Positions 18,221 through 27,846 of a stretch of 64,000 nt of DNA are shown one piece after another (positions within the stretch are counted from its first letter, which is position 1; each line of letters opens with the position of its first letter). This DNA comes from Myxococcales bacterium. Its GTDB lineage: Bacteria > Myxococcota_A > Polyangia > Polyangiales > Polyangiaceae. Both the position numbers and the translations under genes were made by a program. The DNA is taken from contig JAYTOU010000077.1 in the NCBI GenBank assembly GCA_043747615.1, positions 1-64,000 on the forward strand, read 5' to 3'. Below the pieces are notes generated by a model that saw nothing but the letters and a program-made list of their open reading frames with translations, did no database searches and was not told the origin of the DNA.

Positions 18221-19162
18221 CTAACCTTCGAAGACCTCGCGGGAGACTTCGCGGACTGCGAGCTCGACGGCGACGTCGGAGGTGTTCTTCACCTTGAATC
18301 CAAGAGCCGCGAGCTTGTCCGGCTTGATGCGCGACAGAGGCACGTCTCCCGGCCAGCCCTGGCTCCCGCCGCCGTATTCGATGCGCGCCGTCTTGTGGGG
18401 CGAGGCCGCGACGCACAGCTCGGCGATGCGGCGGACGTTCGTGGTGTCCGGCGGCGCAAGGTTGTAGACTGCAAGCTTCTCTTTGGCGTGGTCGAGGACG
18501 AAGAGGATTCCCTGCACGCAGTCGGTCACGTGGAGGTAGGGCTTGGCCTGCCGTCCGTCGCCGAGCACGTCGAGGTACTCGGGATGCGCCTTGAGCTTCT
18601 TGCAGAAATCTAGGATCGCGCCGTGCGTGCCGCGCGGGCCGACGACGTTGCCGAAGCGGCAGATGTAACCCGAGAGGCCGAAGCATTCGGAATAGGCGCT
18701 GATGAGCGATTCGCCTGCAAATTTGCTCGCGCCGTAGAGGGAGATGGGGAGGCTTCCGAGGTCACCTTCTCCGCACGGCTCGGTGACGTTGCCGTAGACG
18801 GTACCGCTCGACGCGAAGACGAACCGCTGGATTCCATTGAGCCGCGTCGCCTCGAGCGCGTTGTACGTTGCAATCGTTCCCTGCTCCAGATCGAGGCGCG
18901 TGCGCTCGAGCCCCCAGCGCGCTTCAGGGTTCGCTGCGAGATGAAACACGACGTCGTGGCCCACCATGGCAAGCGTGAGGGCATCGAGATCGAGCGCATC
19001 GGCTTCGACGAGCGTCACCCGCCCCTCGGCGAGGTGCGCCGCGACGAACGCCCGCTTGCCGATGGTCATGTTGTCGTAGAGCGTCACGGGCCCGCGGAGC
19101 ACCAGTAGATCCGCCAAATGGCTTCCCACGAACCCTGCTCCGCCGATCACGAAAGAACGCAT
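18221..19162 (-). CDS. NAD-dependent nucleotide-sugar epimerase/dehydratase
   Basis: GGAGFVGSH, FHLAANP, ASSGTVYG, YGASK, RFGNVVGPR. Confidence 0.9.
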   Translation of the reverse strand: MRSFVIGGAGFVGSHLADLLVLRGPVTLYDNMTIGKRAFVAAHLAEGRVTLVEADALDLDALTLAMVGHDVVFHLAANPEARWGLERTRLDLEQGTIATYNALEATRLNGIQRFVFASSGTVYGNVTEPCGEGDLGSLPISLYGASKFAGESLISAYSECFGLSGYICRFGNVVGPRGTHGAILDFCKKLKAHPEYLDVLGDGRQAKPYLHVTDCVQGILFVLDHAKEKLAVYNLAPPDTTNVRRIAELCVAASPHKTARIEYGGGSQGWPGDVPLSRIKPDKLAALGFKVKNTSDVAVELAVREVSREVFEG

Positions 19163-19283
19163 TTGACTGCGGAGGATAGCAAGAAAGGCCTTGCGTCGCT
19201 GGGTTGGTCGCCCCCACCCGCCGGACCGCCCACGCGCCGATTCCCGCGGTACTTCCCTCCGAAGAAAAATAATCGCCGATTTG

Positions 19284-19315
19284 CACACGGGTGGGCCGGG
19301 GGCTGGCCACTTACC
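19284..19315 (+). promoter_or_regulatory. Putative ECF promoter CACACGG-N14-GGCCACTTACC
   Basis: Matches the motif upstream of the module 1 sigma gene (CACGG-N14-GGCCACTCACC); A-rich tract upstream. Confidence 0.6.
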
Positions 19316-19382
19316 CTGGGAACACTGAGCACGCACCGCGCAAAACCGCGGGTCGGCCCCTTAGGACACTGGAGAATTTCAG

Positions 19383-20525
19383 ATGACTCGACGAGCTTTG
19401 AAGGCCCTGATTATCTCCGCGTTTGCCTGTATGCCGGTCGTTGCGGCGTGCGGCGGCAAGGTCGTTTCGATCGGCAACAACCAGGCGGATCTGGCGAAGG
19501 TCGATCCCACGACGTTCACCGCGAACGTCACCTCGTGCCCCGCTGGTTTCGCGCACCCGAATATCTGCTGCGAAGGCGGAATGGACACCCCCTCCACGTG
19601 TGGCGCCTACCTCAACGCCCCCTTCCGCCCCTGCGATTCGGGCTGGCAAACGTACCCGAACGCGGCCGAGTGCTGCTCGCTCGACGATCCGGCGAAGTGC
19701 GTCGCGCCCACTCGCAGCGGCACCGGGAACTTCGGCGGCGGCTACGGCGGATCTTGCAACTGGGCGTGCCCGCCGGGTTGGTGGCCCGAGGCGTCGAAGG
19801 ACCTGCCCTCCACTCCCCCCTGCGTTCCGAGCGCGAACGGCAGCAAATGCCCTCCCCCCGCACCCACGTCCAACTCCGGCACGTGCTGCCAGATGCTCTC
19901 CAGCGGCGGAACGGTCTGCCAAGGGTGGGCCGTCGACAGCACCTACCCGTCGACGTGCACGCTCCCGCAGCCGACGCCTCCGCCCATTTATGACGCGGGC
20001 GTCCCGTCGGACGGCGGCGCTTATGACAGCGGCGACAGCGGCCCAGGCTACGACGCCGGCTTCGGCGGATACGACGCGGGCCCCTATGACTGCGACGGCG
20101 GGCTCGGCGGCTACGGCGGCGGGACCATCGGCCAGAGCTGCTCATGCCCCGAGGGCTTCAACGCCTCGAACGCGGAAGGCGACGTTTGCTGCCGCGGTCT
20201 CAACGACGGCACGACCGAGTGCTTCTCCGTCGCGAACGGCGGCCCAAGCACGGGTAACGGAAGCAGTGGCAGCGGCGGCGGATCTCTCCCCCCGAGCGTC
20301 GGCAGCGGCTCACCCAACGCTGGTCCCACCTGCGCCGGCACGACGGGCACGAACGGAAGTGCAACCTGCTCCTGCGAGGCTGCGCTCAACAACAAAAAAG
20401 AAACGATGGATTGCAGCGGATCGCCAGTGAAATGCACGTGCATGGTCGATGGTGCGGTCACCAAGTCGTTCGTCGCGACGTCGACTACGTGCAGCAGCGC
20501 CGACTGGGCGCAGTGCGGGTTCTAG
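19383..20525 (+). CDS. Cys/Gly-rich lipoprotein of unknown function
   Basis: GGAG SD; lipobox VAAC; many Cys including CC pairs; YD(A/S)G repeats in the linker. Confidence 0.8.
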   Translation: MTRRALKALIISAFACMPVVAACGGKVVSIGNNQADLAKVDPTTFTANVTSCPAGFAHPNICCEGGMDTPSTCGAYLNAPFRPCDSGWQTYPNAAECCSLDDPAKCVAPTRSGTGNFGGGYGGSCNWACPPGWWPEASKDLPSTPPCVPSANGSKCPPPAPTSNSGTCCQMLSSGGTVCQGWAVDSTYPSTCTLPQPTPPPIYDAGVPSDGGAYDSGDSGPGYDAGFGGYDAGPYDCDGGLGGYGGGTIGQSCSCPEGFNASNAEGDVCCRGLNDGTTECFSVANGGPSTGNGSSGSGGGSLPPSVGSGSPNAGPTCAGTTGTNGSATCSCEAALNNKKETMDCSGSPVKCTCMVDGAVTKSFVATSTTCSSADWAQCGF

Positions 20526-20561
20526 TAATGCGTCTCAATTTCGGCGAAGCTGCGCGTTCCC

Positions 20562-23222
20562 ATGCCCCTCGCGCAACGGCTTCACGCCCGATGCGGATGT
20601 GCGAACGCGCACGCCGCCGGCGAAACCCAGGAATCCGGACTTCGTCCGTTCGCTCTCGCCTCGTCGATCCGCCATTTCGAGCGTGATCGTCCCTTCGCAG
20701 TCGAGCATCTGGCGCTTGAGCTAGAGCTCGATTTTCCGAAGAAGAAGGTCGCGGGGACGGCGACACTGACGATCAAGCGGATCGACATCGAAGCGACGGA
20801 GATCATCCTCGACGCCATTGGCTTCGAAATCTATCGCGTCACGCTCGGGAAGAAAGAAGCGAAGTACGTCTACGACGGATCCACCCTCGCGGTGTCCATC
20901 CCTCCGGGCACCGATGACGCAGCGCTCTCGGTCATCTACTCTGCCACCCCACGCCGGGGGCTCTTTTTTCTCGAGCCGGATGTGCACGTCCCCGATCGAC
21001 CGCGCCAGGTCTGGAGTCAGTGCCAAGAAGAAGACGCCCGGCACTGGATTCCTTGCCACGACAAGCCGCACGTGAAGATGACGACGGAGATGGCGATCCG
21101 CGTGCCCAACGGATTCTACGTCTTGTCGAACGGCGAGCTTGTCGACTCGAAGACGCCGCGTGACGGACCGTGGAGCTTTCATTGGAAGATGGCGGCTCCG
21201 CACCCGAGCTACTTGCTGACTCTCGTGGCCGGCGAGTTCGACGAGATCACCGCGAAAGCGGGCAAGGTGCCTCTGCAGTACCTCGTCCCGAAGGGGCGGC
21301 AAAAAGACGGCGAGCGAACGTTCGCGCGTACGCCGGAGATGGTCCGTTTTTTTGGAGAGAAGACCGGCGTTCCGTACCCGTGGAACAAGTACGCACAGGT
21401 CGTCGTCAGCGATTTCGTTTTCGGCGGGATGGAAAACACCACGGCGACGACGTTGTACGAACACATCCTTCTCGACGAACGCGCGGCCATCGACGTTACC
21501 TCCGACGACCTCATCGCCCACGAGCTCGCCCACCAGTGGTTCGGAGACTACGTCACGTGCCGCGATTGGTCGGAAGGCTGGCTCAACGAAGGGTTCGCCA
21601 CCTTCATGGAGCACGTCTGGCAGGAGAAGCACCTCGGCCAAGACGAATACGACTACGCAATCAAGGCTGATCTCGACGCCTACGTGAGCGAAGCCGTCGG
21701 TCGGTACCGGCGTCCGATCGTCTGCCAGGATTACGACGCGCCGCTCGACCTCTTCGATCGCCACCTCTACGAAAAGGGCGGCCTCGTCCTTCACATGCTC
21801 CGCCTCGATCTCGGGGACGACGTCTTCTGGCGTGGCGTCAGGCTCTATTTACAGCGTTTCGCACGATCGGTGGTGGAGACGCGGGACCTCCAGCGTGCGC
21901 TGGAAGAGGTCAGCGGTCGGAGCCTCGGGCGCTTCTTCGAGCAGTGGATCTACAAGGCCGGTCACCCCGAGCTCGAGGTCGAGGTGAAATGGGACAAGAA
22001 GGTTCTCACCGTCACCGTCAAGCAGACCCAGGCGACGACCGACGGCGTCCCGGCAACGTTCGAAGTTCCCTTGCGGCTCGAGCTCTTCGACGCGTCCGGA
22101 AAGAGCACGCGCGAGAAGCTGAACGTGACCCAAAAGACGGAGTCGTTTACGTTGCCGGTCGCGGAGCGCCCGCTCTTCGTCGTCGTCGATCCACAGATGC
22201 GCGTCGCCGGCGACGTGCAGCTGAAAGTCCCGAACGACATGCTGCGCGAACAGTTGATGAAGGCGCCGAGCGCGCGTGGACGATGGCTCGCGTCGAATGC
22301 CCTCGCGAAGAGCGACGACCCCGTGACGATCGCAGCGTTGGTTGCGCGTCTCGAGGATCAGGCTGAATTTTGGGGCGTTCGTGCCGAAGCGGCCGATGCC
22401 CTCGGCTCAATCCGGGCCCGCGAGTGCGAGGTCGCTCTCATCGCAGCGCTCGTAACGAAGCATCCAAAGGTTCGTCGCGCGGTGGTCGCAGCTCTTGGCC
22501 GCTTTAAAACGCACACCGCGGTGGAAGCGCTCCGTCCGCTCGCTCTTCACGACGCGAGCTACCTGGTGGAGGCCGAGGCTGCCCGCGCCCTCGGAAAGAC
22601 GAAGCAGCCCCTCGCCTACGACACGCTGCTCGACGTGCTCGATCGCCAGTCGTGGGCCGACGTGATTCGGGTTGGCGCCATCGACGGGCTCGCCGCTTTG
22701 CGAGACGATCGCGCAGCCCCGCATCTCTTGGTGCGCACGCGCTACGGCCACCCGACCCGCGCTCGACGAGCGGCTATCTTGGCGCTGCCGAAGCTCCTCG
22801 CCGATCGCAAAGGACGGGAGGCGCTGGAGGACTTGCTCGAGGATCCCGATCCGCATTTGCGCGTAGACGTTGCGCGGGCCCTCGCCGAGCTCGGCGACGT
22901 GAAGTCGCGGGCCGCTCTCCGGGCGCGGCTCGACGTGGATCTCGATCCCCGCGTGCGTCGCAGGCTTCGCGAGACGTTGCGCGATCTCGGTGGCGATTCG
23001 AAGCGCGCGGTGGATCAAGTCCGCGAAGACCTCGACAAGATGGGCCAGGAGCAGTCGGAGGTGAAGGCACGCCTCGCGCAGATTGAAGCCAAGCTCGGCG
23101 ATAAATCGGGATCGAACGGCATGTCCAAGATCAGGTCGAAGCGCGCACCTTCGCCGACAGAGCCAACGAAAAAAGGCTCTCGGCCCGGCGCTCATCTCAA
23201 GGTGAAGAGCAAGAAACGATGA
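20562..23222 (+). CDS. pepN: M1 aminopeptidase with C-terminal HEAT repeats and coiled coil
   Basis: GGMEN, HELAHQW...NEGFA, LYEKG; repeated VR..AA.ALG HEAT motifs. Confidence 0.92.
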   Translation: MPLAQRLHARCGCANAHAAGETQESGLRPFALASSIRHFERDRPFAVEHLALELELDFPKKKVAGTATLTIKRIDIEATEIILDAIGFEIYRVTLGKKEAKYVYDGSTLAVSIPPGTDDAALSVIYSATPRRGLFFLEPDVHVPDRPRQVWSQCQEEDARHWIPCHDKPHVKMTTEMAIRVPNGFYVLSNGELVDSKTPRDGPWSFHWKMAAPHPSYLLTLVAGEFDEITAKAGKVPLQYLVPKGRQKDGERTFARTPEMVRFFGEKTGVPYPWNKYAQVVVSDFVFGGMENTTATTLYEHILLDERAAIDVTSDDLIAHELAHQWFGDYVTCRDWSEGWLNEGFATFMEHVWQEKHLGQDEYDYAIKADLDAYVSEAVGRYRRPIVCQDYDAPLDLFDRHLYEKGGLVLHMLRLDLGDDVFWRGVRLYLQRFARSVVETRDLQRALEEVSGRSLGRFFEQWIYKAGHPELEVEVKWDKKVLTVTVKQTQATTDGVPATFEVPLRLELFDASGKSTREKLNVTQKTESFTLPVAERPLFVVVDPQMRVAGDVQLKVPNDMLREQLMKAPSARGRWLASNALAKSDDPVTIAALVARLEDQAEFWGVRAEAADALGSIRARECEVALIAALVTKHPKVRRAVVAALGRFKTHTAVEALRPLALHDASYLVEAEAARALGKTKQPLAYDTLLDVLDRQSWADVIRVGAIDGLAALRDDRAAPHLLVRTRYGHPTRARRAAILALPKLLADRKGREALEDLLEDPDPHLRVDVARALAELGDVKSRAALRARLDVDLDPRVRRRLRETLRDLGGDSKRAVDQVREDLDKMGQEQSEVKARLAQIEAKLGDKSGSNGMSKIRSKRAPSPTEPTKKGSRPGAHLKVKSKKR

Positions 23223-24001
23223 GCGAGCCCGTCCGTTCCGAGCTCCGAGGCAGCATCGCCATCTTCACGATCGATCGCCAAGATCGAATGAACAGCCTCT
23301 CCCGCGACACGCTCTTCGCCTTCGGAAAGCTCACCCGCGAAGCGCTCGCCGACCCGAAGGTGCGGGCCATCGTGATCACCGGCGCAGGCGAAAAAGCCTT
23401 CTGTGGCGGCGCGGATCTCAAAGAGCGGCAGGGCATGTCGGAGAACGACATCCGGGTGCAGGTCGATCTCTACCGCTCGGAGCTCGGGCCTCTCGATCGC
23501 TCGCCGAAGCCGGTGGTCGCGGCGATCAACGGGTTTGCGCTCGGCGGCGGTTTGGAGCTGGCGCTCATCTGCGATCTGCGGGTCGCCGCTCCGCATGCGC
23601 TCCTCGCGCTTCCGGAGACGAGCCTCGGGATCATCCCCGGCGCCGGCGGGACACAGCGCTTGCCCCGCATCGTCGGCGAGGCGCGGGCGAAAGAAATGAT
23701 CCTCCTCGCGCGCCGCGTGTCGGCGGAGGAAGCGCTCCTCTGGGGTCTCGTCAATCGCGTCTCTCCCAAGGGAGTCGACTTCATCGACGACGTCGTCACA
23801 TGGCTCGAGCCCATCGCCAACGGCGCACCGCTCGCCCAGGCCGCGGCTCTCGAAGCCATCGATCGCGCGCTCGACACCACGCTCACCCTTGGCCTCGAGC
23901 TCGAGAAGGTGAGCTACGACAAGACGCTCGTTAGCGAGGATCGGCGCGAAGCCTTGGCGGCGTTTGTCGCGAAGCGAAAGCCGCAATTCCACGGTAAATA
24001 A
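23219..24001 (+). CDS. Enoyl-CoA hydratase (possibly methylglutaconyl-CoA hydratase, LiuC-like)
   Basis: AFCGGADLKE, ALGGGLELAL, LPETSLGIIPGAGGTQRL. Confidence 0.9.
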   Translation: MSEPVRSELRGSIAIFTIDRQDRMNSLSRDTLFAFGKLTREALADPKVRAIVITGAGEKAFCGGADLKERQGMSENDIRVQVDLYRSELGPLDRSPKPVVAAINGFALGGGLELALICDLRVAAPHALLALPETSLGIIPGAGGTQRLPRIVGEARAKEMILLARRVSAEEALLWGLVNRVSPKGVDFIDDVVTWLEPIANGAPLAQAAALEAIDRALDTTLTLGLELEKVSYDKTLVSEDRREALAAFVAKRKPQFHGK

Positions 24002-24004
24002 GCC

Positions 24005-24691
24005 TCAGCGCGCGAGGGCGTGCTCGGGAAATTCGGCGCGGAGCTTCGCGTCGACGCGATCGGCTTCATCGGTTCGACCGAGCGCACGGAGCGCCCTCAC
24101 CTCGAGGGCGAGCTCCTCGGGCTCGAGCTGGCGCACCTTCAGCGAGCGGGCGACGCGGATCGTAGCGAGGGCTCGCGTAGCGTCTCCGCGAAGGAGCTCG
24201 CCGCGCGCTTCGGCAACGAGAGCGACCTCGCGCGACAGGCTGTCTTGTCCAGTGACCCCGCGCGGCTTCTCTTGATGCGTGGCGGGTGCGGGCGGAGTGA
24301 CGGCGGGCGTCGTTGACGGCGCGATCGCAGGCGTGATCGCGAGCGTCCTAGACGGCGTTTCTGCAGCGGGATCGGTGAGCACCGGAGTGGTCACGGCAAC
24401 GAGCGGCGGATTCGCCGTCGCCTGAATGTGCATCGGGCGGAGGAGCGCGAGGGTAATGCCCGCGGAGATGACGCTCCCCAATATGGCGCCGACGAAGGCC
24501 GCCTTCATGGTGACGGCGGGCATGGCGATGGCGGGTGCCGCAGCCGCAGCCACGGGAGGAGCGGACGTGGGGAGCGGAGCGGCCGCTTGCTCGACGCCGT
24601 TCCAGATCGACGCCCGAGACACTGCCGGCGGTGAATCCGATTTGGCCGCGCGAAGGAGCGCCCGTGCTTCGGGGAACATGCCGCCAATCAC
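24005..24691 (-). CDS. Putative membrane anti-sigma factor with C-terminal TPR-like domain (module 2, gene C)
   Basis: GTGA overlap with the sigma stop; MFPEARALLRAAK N-terminus; TM; Pro/Thr linker; SLSREVALVAEARGELLRGD...LGRTDEA...FP. Confidence 0.75.
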   Translation of the reverse strand: MIGGMFPEARALLRAAKSDSPPAVSRASIWNGVEQAAAPLPTSAPPVAAAAAPAIAMPAVTMKAAFVGAILGSVISAGITLALLRPMHIQATANPPLVAVTTPVLTDPAAETPSRTLAITPAIAPSTTPAVTPPAPATHQEKPRGVTGQDSLSREVALVAEARGELLRGDATRALATIRVARSLKVRQLEPEELALEVRALRALGRTDEADRVDAKLRAEFPEHALAR

Positions 24692-25326
24692 TTGTGCTCT
24701 CCTGGCGAGCTTGCGCGGAGGGCGAGCTCAAGCTCGGCGCGGGCGACGCGGAGCCGTGAATAAACCGTATTTGGCGAAATTCCGAGGATGCGCGCGATCT
24801 CCGGCGCGGTCAGTTCCTCGATCTCGTGAAGCACGAGCACCGCGCGGCGATCGATGTCGATCCGCTCGAGCGCGCGATCGAGCCGCTGCATTTCTTCGCG
24901 ACGGTCGAGGGCGGAGGCTTGATCGGGCGGGGTCGACATGCGGTCCGAAGCGAGGCCTCCGTCGGGATCTTCAGGGTGACGCCGGCGATGGCGGCGCCCT
25001 TCGGAGGCGACGCGGAGCGCGATCTGAAAGAGCCAGGCCCGGGCGCCGAAGCCGCGATCCTGAAACTCGGCGAAGCGGCGGTGGGCGATGACGAAGACCT
25101 CCTGTGTCTTGTCGTCGACCTCGGCATGCGCGACGCCGAGGCGGCGAAGATTTCGCCAGACGAATGCCACCTCCGCATCGTAAATCGCCCTGAAATCCTT
25201 GGCGTTCGGCATTCCTGAGCCTGCCGGCAGGGACCCACGCAGTACCGTTCCGCTGTGCGGGGGGCGGGGCGCTTCGAGGATCTCCTCGGCGTCTTCGAGC
25301 TCGAGCATCGGAACGTGCTCGCTCAC
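24688..25326 (-). CDS. ECF RNA polymerase sigma factor (module 2, gene B)
   Basis: FVWRNLRRLGV...DDKTQEVF...WLFQI; RAVLVLHEIEELTAPEIA...NTVYSRLRVAR. GTG start overlaps the upstream stop. Confidence 0.93.
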   Translation of the reverse strand: MSEHVPMLELEDAEEILEAPRPPHSGTVLRGSLPAGSGMPNAKDFRAIYDAEVAFVWRNLRRLGVAHAEVDDKTQEVFVIAHRRFAEFQDRGFGARAWLFQIALRVASEGRRHRRRHPEDPDGGLASDRMSTPPDQASALDRREEMQRLDRALERIDIDRRAVLVLHEIEELTAPEIARILGISPNTVYSRLRVARAELELALRASSPGEHK

Positions 25327-26222
25327 CTCAGCCTCCACGTGAGCGCGAACTCGGCGCGACCGGCGAAGAGCGAAGCGCCCTGCGCGTCGAGCTCAGACAC
25401 ACGCGTGAGATTGACGAGTGCGGCGCCGCGAAGCTCGGCCGACAGCTCGCTCGCCAGCTCCCCGCGGAGCGCGATGGCTGGCCCGGGTGCGAAGAAGCCG
25501 AGGGTGCGTCCCGTGGTGCGGATGGCGCCTACGTCCGCGCCGCCACATACGTCGAGCTGCATGCCGCGTCGCTCCCGGTAAAACCCTGGAATTCGCCCGC
25601 AACCGTCGAGACGCGTGAAGGCGATGCCCGCGTCGTGGACGACGTCGCCGATGCTCTGTCCGACGGCGAGCGCCGGCCGCAGAAAAAAGCCTCCGCCGAG
25701 CTCCGCCACGCCGAAGATGGCGCCGCCGAACATGCCCCCCGTGCCGAGGCCGTCCATGATGAACGTTGCTGCGCCGATTTCGAGCGAGCGCGCCGAGGCC
25801 TCGGGATGGCGGAGAAAGAGGTACTGCTCGGGAGATGCTTTTTCCTCAGGCGGCGGCGTAGGGAGCCATGGCACTTCGGCAGCGACGACGGGCGCGGCCA
25901 CCTTCGCGGGCTCCGCGGGCGTCGACGGCTGGTCGTCGAGGACGAGCGACGACCACACCCCGATGGCCTTCGCGAGCGGCGCACATGTAGTCCCCGGGCT
26001 CTCGAAAATCCGGTTGGCCACGGGGAGTGAACGCGCGTCGAACATTTCTCCCGTCGCCGTCAGGCCGCTCGGCGTTTTTTCGATGCGCACGTGCACCGAC
26101 CATCCCGCTTCCGGCGCGGGGCTCGTGGCCACGGCCCGAGAAAAGAGGCTTTTTGCCGCGTGCCCTTCGGCACATGCCGCCGGCTGCTCAAGCACGATCT
26201 GGGGAGGCTCGGTGGTCAGCAA
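25323..26222 (-). CDS. Cys-pair domain plus putative beta-barrel protein (module 2, gene A)
   Basis: PAAC...TTCAPLAKAIGVWSSLVLD resembles 3462-4511; beta-rich C-terminal half; TTG start follows GGAGGAG. No clear signal peptide seen. Confidence 0.65.
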   Translation of the reverse strand: MLTTEPPQIVLEQPAACAEGHAAKSLFSRAVATSPAPEAGWSVHVRIEKTPSGLTATGEMFDARSLPVANRIFESPGTTCAPLAKAIGVWSSLVLDDQPSTPAEPAKVAAPVVAAEVPWLPTPPPEEKASPEQYLFLRHPEASARSLEIGAATFIMDGLGTGGMFGGAIFGVAELGGGFFLRPALAVGQSIGDVVHDAGIAFTRLDGCGRIPGFYRERRGMQLDVCGGADVGAIRTTGRTLGFFAPGPAIALRGELASELSAELRGAALVNLTRVSELDAQGASLFAGRAEFALTWRLR

Positions 26223-26240
26223 GAACGGCTCCTCCCCCCG

Positions 26241-26268
26241 AATGGCCGGCTTTCGCCCGATCCGTCAC
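26241..26268 (-). promoter_or_regulatory. Putative ECF promoter GTGACGG-N14-GGCCATT upstream of module 2
   Basis: Reverse complement reads GTGACGGATCGGGCGAAAGCCGGCCATT, followed by the SD and TTG. Confidence 0.6.
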
Positions 26269-26302
26269 GAGGAACTGGGAGATCTGACGTAATCTCCCCC
26301 CC

Positions 26303-27841
26303 ATGTCGATGTCGAAAGACGAGAAGCTCAGCGAAATTCTCACGCGCGTGGAGAAGGGCGGCTCGGAAAAATATCACCGCAAGAACAGCGAGACCGGCAA
26401 GCTCTTCGCCCGCGATCGCATCGACCGCCTCGTCGACGTCGGCTCGTTTCTCGAAGACGCGGCGCTCGCCAATCATCTCGACACCGAGCTCCCCGCCGAC
26501 GGCGTGATCATCGGAACGGCGACGATGGGCGGAAGGCCGGTCGCGCTCATGGCCAACGACTCGACCATCAAGGCGGGCTCGTGGGGCAAGCGCACCGTCG
26601 AAAAAATCCTTCGCATCCAGGAGACGGCGCAGCGCCTTCGCGTGCCCATGCTCTACCTCGTCGACTCTGCCGGCGCGCGCATCACCGACCAAATCGAGAT
26701 GTTCCCGGGAAGGCGCGGAGCAGGTCGCATCTTCTACAACCAGGTGCAGATGAGCGGCTGCGTGCCTCAGCTCTGCCTGCTCTTCGGTCCGAGCGCCGCA
26801 GGCGGGGCATACATTCCGGCCTTCTGCGACGTGGTGGTGATGGTCGACGGCAACGCCAGCATGTACCTCGGCTCGCCGCGCATGGCCGAGATGGTGATCG
26901 GCGAGAAGGTGACCCTCGAGGAAATGGGCGGCGCGAAGATGCACTGCTCCATCTCGGGCTGCGGCGACGTCCTCGTGAAGACGGAGGACGAAGCCATCGC
27001 GTGGGCGAAAAATTACCTGACCTACTTGCCGACCAACGCCGATCAGCCGCCGCCGATGGTGAATCCCACTCCACCAAAGCTGAGCGGAAAGAGCTTTGCC
27101 GAGATCATCCCCAGCGACGAGAACAAGTTCTTCGACATGATGAGCGTGATCAACGAGATCATCGACGAGGGCTCGTGGTGCGAGATCAAGAAGCTCTTCG
27201 CGCGCGAAATTCTCACCGGCTTTGCCCGGATCGAGGGAAAAACCGTGGGGATCGTCGCCAACCAGCCCAAGTGGCTCGGCGGCGTTCTCTTCGTCGATTC
27301 GGCCGACAAAGCTGCGCGCTTCATCTGGCTATGCGACGCGTTCAACGTGCCGCTCCTCTACTTAGCGGACGTCCCCGGTTTCATGATCGGCACCAAGGTC
27401 GAGAAGCAGGGCATCATCCGCGCGGGCGCGAAGATGATCGCGGCGGTGAGCGAAGCGACCGTTCCCAAGCTGAGCGTGATCATCCGAAAAGCCTACGGCG
27501 CAGGCCTCTACGCCATGTGTGGGCCTGCGTTCGAGCCGGATGCGTGCATTGCGCTTCCTACCGCGTCGATCGCCGTGATGGGACCACAAGCGGCCGTCAA
27601 CGCCGTCTACTACAACAAGATCCAGGAGATTCCTCCCGGCGATGAACGAACGGCGTACGTGAAGAAGCTTCAGGACGAATACCGCGAGGGGGTCGATCTC
27701 CTGAAGCTCGCGTCCGAGCTCGTGATTGACGCCGTCGTTCCGGGCGAGCGCCTCCGTTCGGAGATCATTCTTCGATTCAGCCGGGCAGAGCGGAAAGACG
27801 AGCCGCGCCCGCGCCGCAAGCATCTCGTCCCGCCGGTCTGA
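26303..27841 (+). CDS. Acyl-CoA carboxylase carboxyltransferase (beta) subunit, LiuB/PccB family
   Basis: DSAGARI, AAGGAY, EEMGGA.MH, DVPGFMIG, RKAYGAG.YAM. Confidence 0.92.
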   Translation: MSMSKDEKLSEILTRVEKGGSEKYHRKNSETGKLFARDRIDRLVDVGSFLEDAALANHLDTELPADGVIIGTATMGGRPVALMANDSTIKAGSWGKRTVEKILRIQETAQRLRVPMLYLVDSAGARITDQIEMFPGRRGAGRIFYNQVQMSGCVPQLCLLFGPSAAGGAYIPAFCDVVVMVDGNASMYLGSPRMAEMVIGEKVTLEEMGGAKMHCSISGCGDVLVKTEDEAIAWAKNYLTYLPTNADQPPPMVNPTPPKLSGKSFAEIIPSDENKFFDMMSVINEIIDEGSWCEIKKLFAREILTGFARIEGKTVGIVANQPKWLGGVLFVDSADKAARFIWLCDAFNVPLLYLADVPGFMIGTKVEKQGIIRAGAKMIAAVSEATVPKLSVIIRKAYGAGLYAMCGPAFEPDACIALPTASIAVMGPQAAVNAVYYNKIQEIPPGDERTAYVKKLQDEYREGVDLLKLASELVIDAVVPGERLRSEIILRFSRAERKDEPRPRRKHLVPPV

Positions 27842-27846
27842 ATTCC

